64,000 nucleotides of DNA from Nemertoderma westbladi (Eukaryota > Animalia > Xenacoelomorpha), in contig JAUCBJ010000727.1 of NCBI GenBank assembly GCA_032718475.1, forward strand, positions 1-64,000. Direction: 5' to 3'. Under the pieces are notes generated by a model. It was not told where the DNA came from. It saw only the letters and a list, made by a program, of their open reading frames with translations, and did no database searches. Below, one piece after another: positions 1 to 12,600 of the stretch. The first letter of the stretch is position 1. Each line of letters begins with the position of its first letter. A program made the position numbers and the translations under genes.

Positions 1-2396
1 AGCGATCGCGATGGTTTGCGCGCCGAGGCCCTGACCCAAGCATCCTCAATAAATTTCTCTGCCGAATTTTCGAAATTGGGATTATGGATATTCGGGACAG
101 GCGTCCTTACCTGAGGTCTATGTGGTATAGTCTCCTCCGATATGCGTACTCGTTGACTAGGCTGGACTTTATCTAACTCAGGCCTGCTAGGATTTGAATT
201 ACTTCTTACCTGGGCTGCTTCCTTTAACCGTAGGTTGCTAAGCATGTCCGTTATAGGTTGGATGTGCGGCGATATAGCTTGCGCTAAACTAGCACTTAAC
301 TCATCCCTCGTAATAAATTCCTGGCTAGGGTTCTGTTGTATAGTCGGCTCTATCTGAGTAATCCGCTGTCTCTCATATGATCCCTCTTCCGGTTTAACCC
401 GGAAGTTCTCCGTCGAACTGGGTCGGCGCTCCGTCCGCGTATTCCAAACCCGCTGGTTCGGTTCGCCAAATACTCGGCCCGTCGGAGTTTCTTCTCTAAA
501 TTCTCCGTTGTCACGTTCGGTGTACAGTGGTGCGGTGTTCCGATGACGTAGATCCTGGGCGATGGGTGAAGCACTAATACCAACTGGCGTGCGATATGTA
601 GAGAACGGTTTAACGATCCGTGTACTCGTAATAGCTGGACCGGGTATAGGAATTCTGGTCGTCGTCGACTCGCGTATAGCCGGAGTTCTCGCTTCCTGTT
701 CGGCCTTCTGCAGTGCGAACAGTTCTCGCAACTCAGTCCCTACACTCGCCCCACATTCTTCGAGCATTCGCATCCCCTTCTCGGCGATTTCGTTCGCCTT
801 CCTAGTCCGTTCTTCGCTCTCTAAACTTAATCTCGCACTTTCCAACTGCGCCAGTTTACGTTCTTCTTCTTCCCTCGCTCGTCTCGCTGCGCCCTCTTCT
901 TCCACTCGCGACCTTTCTTCATACAATGCGCGTCTTCTTTTCTCGATCTCGAGTTCGCGTTCCTTGCGTCCGCGTTCGAGTTGAAGCTCGCGCTCCTTCT
1001 GTTCACGATCGAGTTTCTTGCGCTCGCGTTCGGCTTGGAGTTCGCGTTTCTTCGCTTCCTGTTCGCGTTCGAGTTGGAGTTCGCGTTTCTTCGCTTCCCG
1101 TTCGCATTCAAGTTGGAGTTCGCGTTTCTTCGCTTCCCGTTCGCATTCGAGTTGGAGTTCGCGTTCTCTCTGTTCGCATTCGAGTTCCTCGCGCTCGCGC
1201 TCGGCTTGAAGTTCACGTTCCCTTTGCTCGCGTTCCGCTCGCTCGCGCTTACTTATCTCTTCCAACTCTCGTAACTCTGCGTCCAACTTACGTGTGCGCT
1301 CCCGTTCCCGCTCGGCTTCCTTCCGTGCTTCTTGTGCACGCAAAACTTCCGCCTGCTGTTCGTCTAGTCGGCGTCTTCTCTCCTCCGCCGAGTTGTGAGA
1401 AACAAGGGATCTAGCACATATTACCTTACCTCGCGCGTGACTAACCTGGGAATCGCCGCTGTCTCTAGATGCATCGTCGGGTGGAGTTAACGTCCTCTGT
1501 TGGATGTTCTCCGTCGTCGGTAGCACCTGACCCGGTACCACCACTCCATTCTGCATCAGCCAGCTAGTAACTTCCCTCTGATAACGGCGCTCCTCTTTAT
1601 CCTGCGTCTCTTCTCGCTCCACTAAGTCTCTCAACTCTGCGTCACTCACCTGAGTCGCCTGCGCTTGTGATGCCCATAGCAGCCAGTTCTCCGTCCTAAC
1701 TCGTCGGAATCGCTCCGATAACTCGCGGTGCTCCAACAAGGCTGCTAAAACCCTGTCGTAAATCCTCGTTGCTACGTCGCTCGACTGAGACTCTACTGCC
1801 TTCTTCGCTAGGACTGCAAGCTCCTCCGTCTGCTTGAATAACGCTGAGTTATATCCTCTTCTAATCTCTACTAACTCTACCCTCCCGATGTTCGCTGAGT
1901 CAGCTAACATCTTCCTTACCTTGTCCGCCGTCCGGGTTATATGTCCGGCGTGCGCGCGAAGTTTCTTCTTTATCGCAATGTCAAGTTCTCTATCACTTAC
2001 CTGACTCACACTCGGTGGACTTGAAGGATTATTTCGGGAACTACGGGTACTCCTTACAGCCGTCGGGACCACGGCACTTACCATACCCACAGGTCTGGAA
2101 ACCGGGCTCCGGGCTCTCGCTTCTGCTACACTACCCTCCTTATCACTCACCTCTGGTCGGGTTGCTGTACAATCCTTCCTTACAGTAGCGGTAGGGGATC
2201 CTAATACTATTACCTGAGGTTGTTGTTCTTCCTCACTAGTCACTGTCTCGTCCTCCTGTTCACTTACGTCAGCGTCGCTCGCTGCGTCGTCATAGTCGGC
2301 ATTGTCGTCAACAGTAATATTGACGCTATCGTCAGTCGGCGGTCCAGCCGCCGTCTCGTAGCTGTCCTCTAGTGCCTCTTTGTCTGAGACACTCAT
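1..2396 (-). mobile_element. Long Gag-like ORF (at least 798 codons, runs off the left edge), probably an LTR retrotransposon (BEL/Pao-like)
   Basis: Read by hand from the ATG at 2396 (MSVSDKEALEDSYE...) with no stop to position 1. Acidic N-terminus, KKKLRAHAGHITR segment, long E/R/K coiled coil with a repeated KKRELQLECEREA unit. Intronless and GC-richer than the flanks. Pol domains and LTR ends are not visible, so the family is inferred. Confidence 0.55.
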
Positions 2397-5331
2397 AGTC
2401 TAATAATGTTTGCCTTCCGGCAAAATATCTCGCAAAAGTTCGAGATATTATTATAATTTAACCGAAATACGGTCAAATTATTTGTCTAATAATCAGTTGG
2501 TCCAAATGTCAAATAAATTCGCAATGCAATATTGTGAATTTAATGGGGTATATAGTTATAGCAAATACTAACACACTATTTAAACAAAATATTATTATAT
2601 AGCTACTATATAGCATTAAATACCGGTATAGCACAAAATAACTCTGAATCTAATACAAAATATTCAAAATATACTTGCCACCCGAATATTTCTAATTTTA
2701 TATATAGCTCTAATCAACGTAATTTTAGTTTCAAATATTATATGTATCCACTAGCGCGTGGCTACATCTTCGGGTTGCGACTCTCTCTAACTCTCTCTCT
2801 AACTTGAGCGATTCAAAAAACCATGGCCGGCTAAACCTAAATATCCTAACTAATAAATTGAGTTCAGCTTCGCAGTTAAACAACCGATAATTTTTTACTG
2901 CTTCCACAAACACACTGGTGCCAACAGAACAACTAACCTTGTTTGCTGTGAGATTCCACGTCCGCGTCCAAAGATTCAGGCCCTTCGCTGATTGCAAACC
3001 GAACCCGCAGACCCACACGAACCCCAAACTCAGAAGTTCCGTCTTGCCATGTATCTCCAGATGGTATAAAATAACTAAGCGGTTACCTAACATACCGGTA
3101 CAAAACTCTAGAATTTTACAAATAATTTTGACCGAAACTGAATTCTCGCAAACCTAGCTAAAATTTCAAAAAACTTACTAATTACAGTTTGCCCTAAGGC
3201 CTAAGGAACTGCTGTATTCGCAATTAGCAAAACGCACTACCGTACATCCACTGTATGCAGTACAGTAGGTAAAACAGTACACCAACCTAACAGCCTAATG
3301 ATACTGTGTGTGGTACGGCAAACAAATGTCCTTCTACCGTACGCAGTAACAGCAATCAGCCTAATGTACTACTGTACTAGTGTACGCAGCCAGTGAATAC
3401 AGTAATATAAACTAACAACCTAATAGAATAAACTCAATGTATTACTGTACGCTAGCCTATAGCCTACAGCAGACGATCACGTGCTCCAATTTATTGCCTA
3501 ATACTATAATACTACTATCAGCCTAAGAATACTCCATTGACCGCTGCAAGCAACAGCCAATAACACGTATCACTGATACAAAGTATCAGTGATCTAAACT
3601 AACAGTAGTCTAAATTAACAGCCTAAGAATACTCTATTTACTGTACGCTACAGCCTACAGCAAACAAATTCACGTATCACTGATAAACAACCGCGACCTC
3701 TATACTAACAGCAGAACTGTTGAACAGACCAATACCCGTTAATATCCTTCTGCCAACCTAATAAGTTCTCGTCTAACCAATAAGACACAAAGACTGCTCT
3801 ACTGTTAAGTAAAGGGGCTCAGGAGCGTGATATTACTAAATTGTAAGGGTTGCTAAATACAAGACCGCTACTTACCGTTAGATGGCGCTAATCTGCCGTC
3901 CGCTAATATATTTACTAATTTTTACACAACTCCTGCAAAATCGCTTGTTCCTTTCTCTACCGATTGCTCAATAGAGAGCTAACTGTTCGAATCTATGAGC
4001 CACGCAGGAATAACCAAAACAATAAACCTGAGTCGGCTCCCTAAGCTTACTTAAGACGAGTGCGAGAGGCCTTGCACTCAGAGTATTCTTACGCCTAATT
4101 CTATCACTTATTAAAGCACGCTATTACCTACGTCTTTCTAATCGCGAATACTGGAGGTTCCCTAACGTAATGTGTGAATGCGAGAATATTTAAATATCAA
4201 AAATGGTACAGTAATTGTCTCTCGTGGATAGTACCACTCTGGGTCTAAAATTGCCTGCAGCTGGCTTTAGGCCAGCAAATCACTAGCGTTTCGTGCGTAC
4301 TGAATAGTGTGTTCTAGCTGATTGCCCGCTAATGCAAATAACCGCTTAGCGTGAATAGTTTACAGTACTCTAATTATTACTTTAGCTACTCTCCGCTATG
4401 CTGCGTACTAATTCTTAATTTTTTACTAATCAATTACAGTCACAAATATTTAACAGCGTACTAATTACTAAGAGTTCCAGAATACGTAATTCTAATTTAT
4501 TACGCAACAAGTTTCGCTAGTAATAGCCTAAATTTGCCGTATTACTTTGACCTAATCAGTAACTAATTGTTGTAACTAAGAAATAGAAATCAATCAAAGA
4601 GAAAAGAGCGCCTACCTAAACATTCACAATCATAGGCACACTTCAGTAACACACCAATCAGCATCAGCAATCACAGTTCGCAATTATGCAGTTAACTACT
4701 GTATAGCCCACAATTATGCGACTCACTATTCGTACTACACGCTCAACGTTCGAAACGTTGTGATACGTGCAGGCCTCTCCCGGATACATATAGGACTCCT
4801 AACTAACCTGATTCCCGCCCCCCTAATACTAAATAGAGACGAAACCTGGATCATCAGCCCCCTAACTACTGTACCGGCGATTGGTCTGCGTACCACAGCG
4901 TTAACTTCCCGACCGCAACAGTGACCCCATGCCAGCGTTGCTCGCTTTGAATCCTCCGCTCTCCCTTAGTCGCCCAACCCCCCGATGTGCCCACCGCCCG
5001 CTGGCGCCTTAGCCCTCCATTACGCTAATAGCTACCGTAGCGGCGCATGCAAATCACAAAGTCTGACAGTCTCAGGAATCCCTTAGGATTATTGCGCAGA
5101 AAAGAATCACATAGAACCATTAATCAAAAGGTAGAAATCATAGTTCAGTTGTAATTAGCAGTAATCGAAGGAATTATTGAGAAACACAAGCAAGTAATCG
5201 CACTAGCAAATCATTCACGAAATTAATCAAATTAGCAAATTGCAGAAAGTATAAGTATCAAGAAAAAACAGCAAGACAGGTGCTAGGGCTAGGTGTCATG
5301 TGATGAGTTGTGAGGCTCTACCGGCACACCG

Positions 5332-5505
5332 CCAATTTATAGGTGATCCGGATGGGGTGATGCAATAGGGTGACTCAATCGCTTTCTTATTGGCTCTCCA
5401 GTCCGTGCTAGCACTAGACCAACCTGGAAGCAGCTAGTCCAATAAGGAGGCCGGATTGTAGCCCTATTTGCTCCCCTTCCTCGAATTATTACCATATATG
5501 GTAAT
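5332..5505 (-). promoter_or_regulatory. Candidate Pol II promoter (likely LTR) upstream of the Gag-like ORF
   Basis: Minus-strand TATAAA at about 5341-5336, CCAAT boxes at about 5389-5393 and 5439-5443, CArG box CCATATATGG (5492-5501) inside the 18-bp palindrome ATTACCATATATGGTAAT. Confidence 0.4.
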
Positions 5506-5756
5506 GGTTCACGTCTCTGGCTGCTGAATGGCCAGGACAGCGTCCCTATATGCTAGCCCTACTAAAGCTAATATCAGCAAGCACGGAATCCAGGGTCCGA
5601 ATAAACTTACCCTGGAACTATCTACATATAACCTAATACAAAATTACGTAGGTAGGGCTACATACTATACAAAATGGATGGATTCAAATATATGGGTGTT
5701 TCGATTTCCCTATCTAAATACCACTGCGTTATTATGCCTTATCTAAAATATCATGC

Positions 5757-5850
5757 TGCACAACGGACTAATATTACATACAGTATAACGGACTAATATT
5801 GCATACTGCATAACGGACTAATATTGCATACTGCATGATGACTAATATTA
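5757..5850. repeat. 25-bp tandem repeat, about 3.5 copies
   Basis: Unit ATAACGGACTAATATTGCATACTGC. Confidence 0.8.
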
Positions 5851-5874
5851 TGGATACAGCGCCATATACCGTAA

Positions 5875-6104
5875 AACAGTGCATAATCTTGTACTTTGGC
5901 AGCCTCATGGAGTGAATAAGCATGGTGGACAGCCCATGACTTTCTTGAGACGCATCTTAAAGGACACTGGCCTTGAAGATGCGGATGATCTAGCAAATGT
6001 CATGGGTGATAGGGAGTTGTGGCGGTGCAATTTTGTCGATAAGCCGGCACAGCATTCTTAAAAATTCAGCTGCAATGCAGCATGCCGATCCTAGTAGTAG
6101 TAGT
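5875..6104 (+). mobile_element. RTE-clade LINE 3' fragment with (TAG)n tail
   Basis: LVLWQPHG...RILKDTGLEDADDLANVMGDRELWR followed by tagtagtagtagta; near-identical to the reverse complement of 38937-39092. Confidence 0.8.
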
Positions 6105-6372
6105 ATGACGACCAGGTTCTGACCATTCAGCTAGAGGCTCAGGTAAAAGGTAGTCCTATTGTCATAGTGAAATAATAAACCATTTATGACTTACAGTATG
6201 AGATATGTACAAACAAGTTAGCTAAAAAAACTATATTGATTCATATCCAACTATGTACGCAGTACTACAGTAGAACAGAACTCGATACTATATAGGCCCC
6301 TACTGTACTGTAGTACATTATTAAAACACTATTAGGGTTAAGAAGTTTAATTAATTATCCATAGCAACTCAC

Positions 6373-6621
6373 TATCTTTCCTGTCCGGAATAATGTGGAC
6401 GCGAGCGCTGGACCTGTCCCGATCAATTCTTCCTCCCTGAACCTCTGAGAGTCGTACGATGAATATCTCGGTGTCCATCTCGTACAGTTGATCGTCAATG
6501 ATTGACACGTTACAGGACAATTCTGATTGGCCCGGTGCGAATGTTATCCGGCTATCGGACGACTGGTTACGCGCCACAAAATCGTTAGAGTAGTTCCCGT
6601 TACGTCTACAAGTCGCGGTGT
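6373..6621 (-). CDS. FREM2/ECM3-like exon (rest of Calx-beta 2)
   Basis: Acceptor tgtttacag, donor gtgagt; 249 nt; DTAT...DFVAR...ITFAPGQSELSCNVSIIDDQLYEMDTEIFIVRL. Confidence 0.9.
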
Positions 6622-9600
6622 CTGTAAACAAACAAACATTGAGTTTCATATATGTTAGTCATTTTTTTATGAATACACACGGAGCGCCTAAAGGGACATG
6701 AATTAAGAAAAAATTTCCTAACACGTGCGCATCGTAGTGTTGCGCACATAGAGTTTAGCTACGCGTGGGCATGTATTAGCTAACCAGAGCTAACCTAGAG
6801 ACCATAACTAATAAATGTTGTTAAACAAATGCTCATTTTCATTTATGTGTGTTAATTATTCACTGTGTTCATTATATTATTATTAAAAAAAAGTATCTAT
6901 ACAGTAAGTGTATAAGTCAGAAATAAGCGCTATAAAACACTTAATAAGGATAAATTTTAAAAAATACAAATTTTTCAAAAATTCCAATAAAATTTCGACC
7001 GAAAAGCGAAAGCCTGGTATCTTCACATGGGCGTAGTTGGTTCTACCAACTGTGTAGAATTCCTAAAATAAATATCTAATATATATGGGCCGTCGGCCTG
7101 TCGGGTGTTGCCATATCTGCATAATTGTTAAATAGCAAATACAGTAGAATGAATAATTACTGAATAAACCGAATGAAAGAATTAATCTATACACAGTAGG
7201 CCTATGTAGATAAGAGTTGTAAATCAATAAATGCAGAGTAGTAGTTATATTGTGTTACTGTATGTAGGGGCCTACAAGTTACGGCAATATAAACTGTAAT
7301 ATATGTAAACGAATAGTTAATATTTTCTAGATATAAATATATGTATATACAGTTAGTACACTGTAGTACAGCAGTAGTAGTACAGTATAAATATACAGTA
7401 GATATGGTCTAACACTAATAACCTCCCCAAGTAATAAATATTGGCCCGTATGCATAAAACATTTACGACGAAGGTACTTAAGAGCAACACGACCGAACAC
7501 AGTCGAACACACTCCAAAAACTGTCGAACACAGTCGAAAAAAGAAAGAGCACAAAACATTAACACCGTCAACACATTAAAACATTAACATCCTCCTACAT
7601 ACATACAGTACAATAGAAGTCGACCCCCCCCCCCCCCCCCCCCCCCACCCCACGCTGCACCAATTCGCATCAACATATTACTTGACCACCAACAAGAGAA
7701 TAACAACGATGGAGCTCCTTATTGAATTGCAAATGAATTCCAACATGATTTGCATAATATCGGATTGGGTCGTGTGTTTGCATACGGAACGAGTCATCTC
7801 GCTTCTAATTATATCGAGTAACGCCGGTGTCATTTACTATTGTGAATTAATGTAGATTGCACTAACGCAGGACCAGTTCGCATAGATTTGTAAAAATCAA
7901 TCAATAATCTAGGATATCGGTAGTTGTGCATTTGCCATTCATAATAAGGAAATTATTATCGATAATGGCATGTTCGGATTTCTTATTAATATTGCCTAAA
8001 TGAATGCAATAATTGCCTAGGCTACGTAATATTTTGCCACAGAAAAAGTCGTGCGGTCAAATATACCGGGTCTCAAGTAATTTTACAATAAAATTTTTTA
8101 GGGGTTTTTTTACTGAAGAATACGATAGTTAAAGTTTTCCAATCGTGTTTTTGCCACACAACCCGGTCTCGGAAAAAGATCACACACATGCTGATCTATT
8201 CTGCGATGGTACCTGGCCGCACACCCGCCACCCACGACGTGGCTGCCCGTTGATGTTGGGGTTTTGCAATGAGATGTTATTGAGTTTGTATCAGGAATGT
8301 TAATCACTACAGTAGAGCAAGCGGCTGCTTCAATATACAGTACCACACATATAGGCCTACTGTAAGCAATGTAGGTGATCTACAGGGTGCTCTACCCTGC
8401 CTTCCCGCGGATTTAATCGACATACAGTATAGTATAGTTGAAGACGACGCCGTCAATCCAATAACCTATTATTGGCATTTTGAGTGAATGAGTGGTTTCA
8501 TATTAGTATAACTTTTGTTGGGCACAGCTTTGGAAAGTCGGCAATGACGTCCAGGTGGGATCGAACTCGTGACTTCCAGGTTGGAAGTCTGACGCTCTAA
8601 CATTCCGTTAGCAACTCAAATAAAAGGTAGATCTGGAAATACTACCCGATACCTTGTATGTTCGTAATTTACGTCCTCATGGCGTCCCATCTCCTAATAC
8701 CATCATCTGCTGCCACAGTAACCCGGAGGATCAGCTGTTCAAAACTTTGTACTTAGGCAACGAACGTCGCATGAGGGCACTGGACCTGAGAACATCGCCA
8801 AACTGGGAAAGTGAATAACTGGCAGCAGAGTAATTTGGGGCGGTTTTGTTTCAGGGTCTGCCGGCATTGTGAAATACTGCAGATGACACTGACCATTGGA
8901 TCATATTATGTGATACCGCATATCAGTGGATATGTATCTAATCCTAATGTATTTATAATTAATTCTCGGTACAGTATGTACTGTATGGTATATGGATTTG
9001 AAGTGAGATGGGACAATAGGCGATAGTTCACCTAGAAACATCGGGTTGTAATTGCAATCATTGCGGAGAACGAAGCTTGTGGGTGAGACAACCAGCCATT
9101 GCTGAGATCCACAAACTTTGGAAAGACTTCCCAACCATTTACAATCATTGTTCGTTGTGTTACTTCCAGATTGCTGTCCTGTGATCCATTGATTAATATC
9201 AGGTATTTGAGTGCGGAGTACCATTTAGGGTAGACCCCCCCCCCCCCCCCCCTCCCATATGGCATCTTATCCTTATCTAATTGAAATTTTTATTTCATTT
9301 CATCAATGTTTGTTAGTTCTAACTATAGAAAAGTCACGATTCTAATGCATGTAGGCCTACCTGCGGTATCTATTCATTGTTTATCTTTACGTGATTTTTT
9401 ACGATTTTCTCACAGGTACGCGGAAGTCAAAACATAACAATAAATTCAGCATAATACCCTTTAGATGACGTGAACAATAAACTAGTTTCATTTCTTATGC
9501 CTACATACTGTATGTAAGGGCCTACATACTGTATGTAAATGCCTACATACTGTATGTAAGGGTCTACATACTGTATGTAAATGCCTACTTACTGTATGTA

Positions 9601-12600
9601 AATGCCTACATACTGTATGTAAATGCCTACATACTGTATGTAAGGGCCTACATACTGTATGTAAATGCCTACATACTGTATGTAAGGGCCTACTGTATGT
9701 AAATGCCTACGCCCTACATACTGTATGTAAGGGCCTACAGTTCTGTACATATTAAAACTATAAGTCATACTGTATATTCGCGTGTAAATATGTTTTCAAA
9801 ATAATGAAAAAATGTGATTAAAGTCGACATGAATTAATAAAAATTCCTCATACAGTAACACTAAAATATAATAAAATATGAGTAAATAAATATGATGAGA
9901 CATGTGAGATGGTAGATATACAGTAGGCCTACAGTATATGATACACAATGAAGTTAAGTTAACATAGTGTAGCAATAACAATAAGCATTCAGCGGATAGG
10001 TGGAATTTGTGACAACACATAAAAACGGTGACAAAAGTCAGCCACAAACAATGTACAGTAGATCGCAGTCCTACAGGTAATTCTGTTCCAGCTCCACATA
10101 TCGCCGGCAAGTCGTAGGAAAACAGTCAAATGTCTGGGGAGGGGACAACACACAAAATGTCTGGAAATCACTCTAAATCATGAATTCAGTATTCCTGCAA
10201 TACTGCTTCCTTACTACCAGTTAGTCCTAGAGTGTGTAGATTATGTATTCATTTCAATCGTTATCCGTCCTGTCGTCTATTGCTCGATCTGTCGCCGCCG
10301 AATGGTAGAATATAATAAATAATCTTCGATTAATTGTAGGCCAAATGTTGAAATAGTGATACTTGTACAGCCGTACGCCAAGCTTGCGAACCATCCTATA
10401 TCTACCAATGAACTCCCGGAATATGTTGGATACCGGTATATGAAGGAAGACTTCGCCGGTGTTGTGAAGGACGATTTAGTCGATTGCATCGACAACTGGC
10501 AGCGGAATTGCTCGTGGTTGCAAGCTTAACCTACGGCTGTATGGATATCATTATTTAAGGACAATGATGTAGACACTATTGACTTGCCGGCGATATGCGG
10601 AGCTGAAACTTGGCAGAATTACTTATAGGACTGCGATCTATTGTTATTCAATTCTTTGTGGCTATTTTTGATAATGGTCAACCATTTTTTTTAATGTGGC
10701 CGACTGTTGTCACCGTTTTTAGGTGTTGTCACAAATTCCACCAATCCTCATTAAGCAATGCTCGGATAAGTATATATCCGGAAGCCTTTGAATTAAAACA
10801 TTCATTATTCTGAATTTTGGCGAGTAAACAATTTTTCTGCTGGGACGGCACCATTTGCGAAAATATTTCCAAATATGGCATAAACTATTAAACTTAATTA
10901 TGGATTATTTGAGTCACCGGCCGAAATGAACAACTATGCTGTGTAAATATTTTGAGCCATTTAGGCATGGTACGGACCCACCATATACACTCATATACCC
11001 AACCCACCCCCCTTTCATTTTATTTGATTAACAGAATTGGATTCAAAACAAACATATTCATTATTGTTTCTTTCAACTTTGACGGAACCATTATCCACTG
11101 TACTGTATCTCATACAACATCATTGAGTTTGTGTTAAATCATAATTTTCAGCTAGAGACAATTAAAATAGAGAAATTAATATCTCGTCACTTTTTAATTA
11201 TTTGGTAATATCACATTTGAGGCACAGTGGTAAGAAATTGTTTGATCGATTCCCCTATGCCCGTGGCGAACTACTTATACTTTTTTTTCAAACTTTGATG
11301 ATTCCCCCTATGCCCATGGCGAACCACTTTTTCAACAGTTTGTTGATTCAGCTATGTCCATGGCAAAGCACTCCTTTTCGAAGTTTATTGATTCCTCTAT
11401 GCCCATATTAAGAAATCTAATTATTTGAAAGTTTATTTATTAACGTACAGTAATAGTAGTAATAATAATAATACTTGATTAGCATATATATTGCACTCTA
11501 ATATTGCATATAATTTCCTAATAAACTAAAAATTTTCTAGAAAAGATAGTTTTTTCACGTGCTGCGCGAAGGCCACATCGTCCTCTGCAGCCGTAAAATT
11601 TACACCACATTAAATATATGATCTGGGATGTCTCTCTGTAGATTTTCTGGCAAATTTAAGAAAAATTGAGGAAATGGTGCACATTTGAAAATTTACTTTT
11701 CGAGAAAAAAGCCATAAACTCATGATTTTTAATCGTGCTGCTCGAAGCAGAAAATCACCCAATTAAAAATTTTTATATGAATTACACATAGGTCAGAGAG
11801 TGTCTGTGTGAAATTTGAGACAAATCGGTCCAAAAGTGGCCACTGGGGAAAGGTGTTTTGTCTCTGTGCCTCAAATGTGATAGACTAATAGAACCAATTA
11901 TTTAATTAATTTTAATACTGTACTACAGTATATTCAATAATTGGACTCTTTGATTAAGAATATTACATTTAAATGGATCCATAGGATGACGAATTTAAAA
12001 GCATACACCCTACATAGCAAATTATGAAGAAACCTATATTTCATAACAGATGCTACGGCTTCCGGGAATACACGCAACAGGCAACGGCGCAACAGGAAGT
12101 TTTCCAGGAAGCCGATGATACCGCCCAGCCCCTGCCATTAAAAATAATTCCGGGGCGCCATTCGACTAAAAGACAGGCCTGGCAGCCGGCTATTTATGGG
12201 CCGACTTTTAAGTATACCTGTAATGTGTTATCTCCTCGTAAACGATCCCGTCTAGTAGTTGAGTGATATATTATTTTCATCAGAACTATTAGTGGAATTT
12301 TGTAGGCTACATATATTGATGATTATATGAGCAGGACGAGCGCAGCGAGGCTTAAAATGGATACGAGTAATATGTTAACTCCCCGAAAAAATCCGGTCTA
12401 GTACTTGAATGATATATTATTTTCATCAGAACTATTAGTGGAATGTTGTAGGCTACATATGTCATATATTGTTATAATTAACTTTTTATAAATAATTTAC
12501 AACTTGATAATTTAGAACAGTTAAAACAGTTAATAGCTTACACTGTTACTAGCACAAAGTTATAGTTTATAGAGGAGCTATGGTTTTTATAATCTATTAT

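Noticed and set aside
350-1414. Six short ORFs in the track (350-583, 562-984, 827-1216, 926-1414, 981-1274, 1018-1209)
   Set aside because: Alternative-frame or antisense shadows of the long minus-strand coiled-coil ORF starting at 2396.
2400-5700. Exact LTR boundaries and primer-binding site of the left-edge element
   Set aside because: No convincing TG...CA plus tRNA-complementary PBS was found by eye, and any second LTR is outside the window.
8545-8618. Possible tRNA gene
   Set aside because: B box present but A box and acceptor stem are degenerate and the sequence continues into a SINE-like body; the same applies to 61700-61775.
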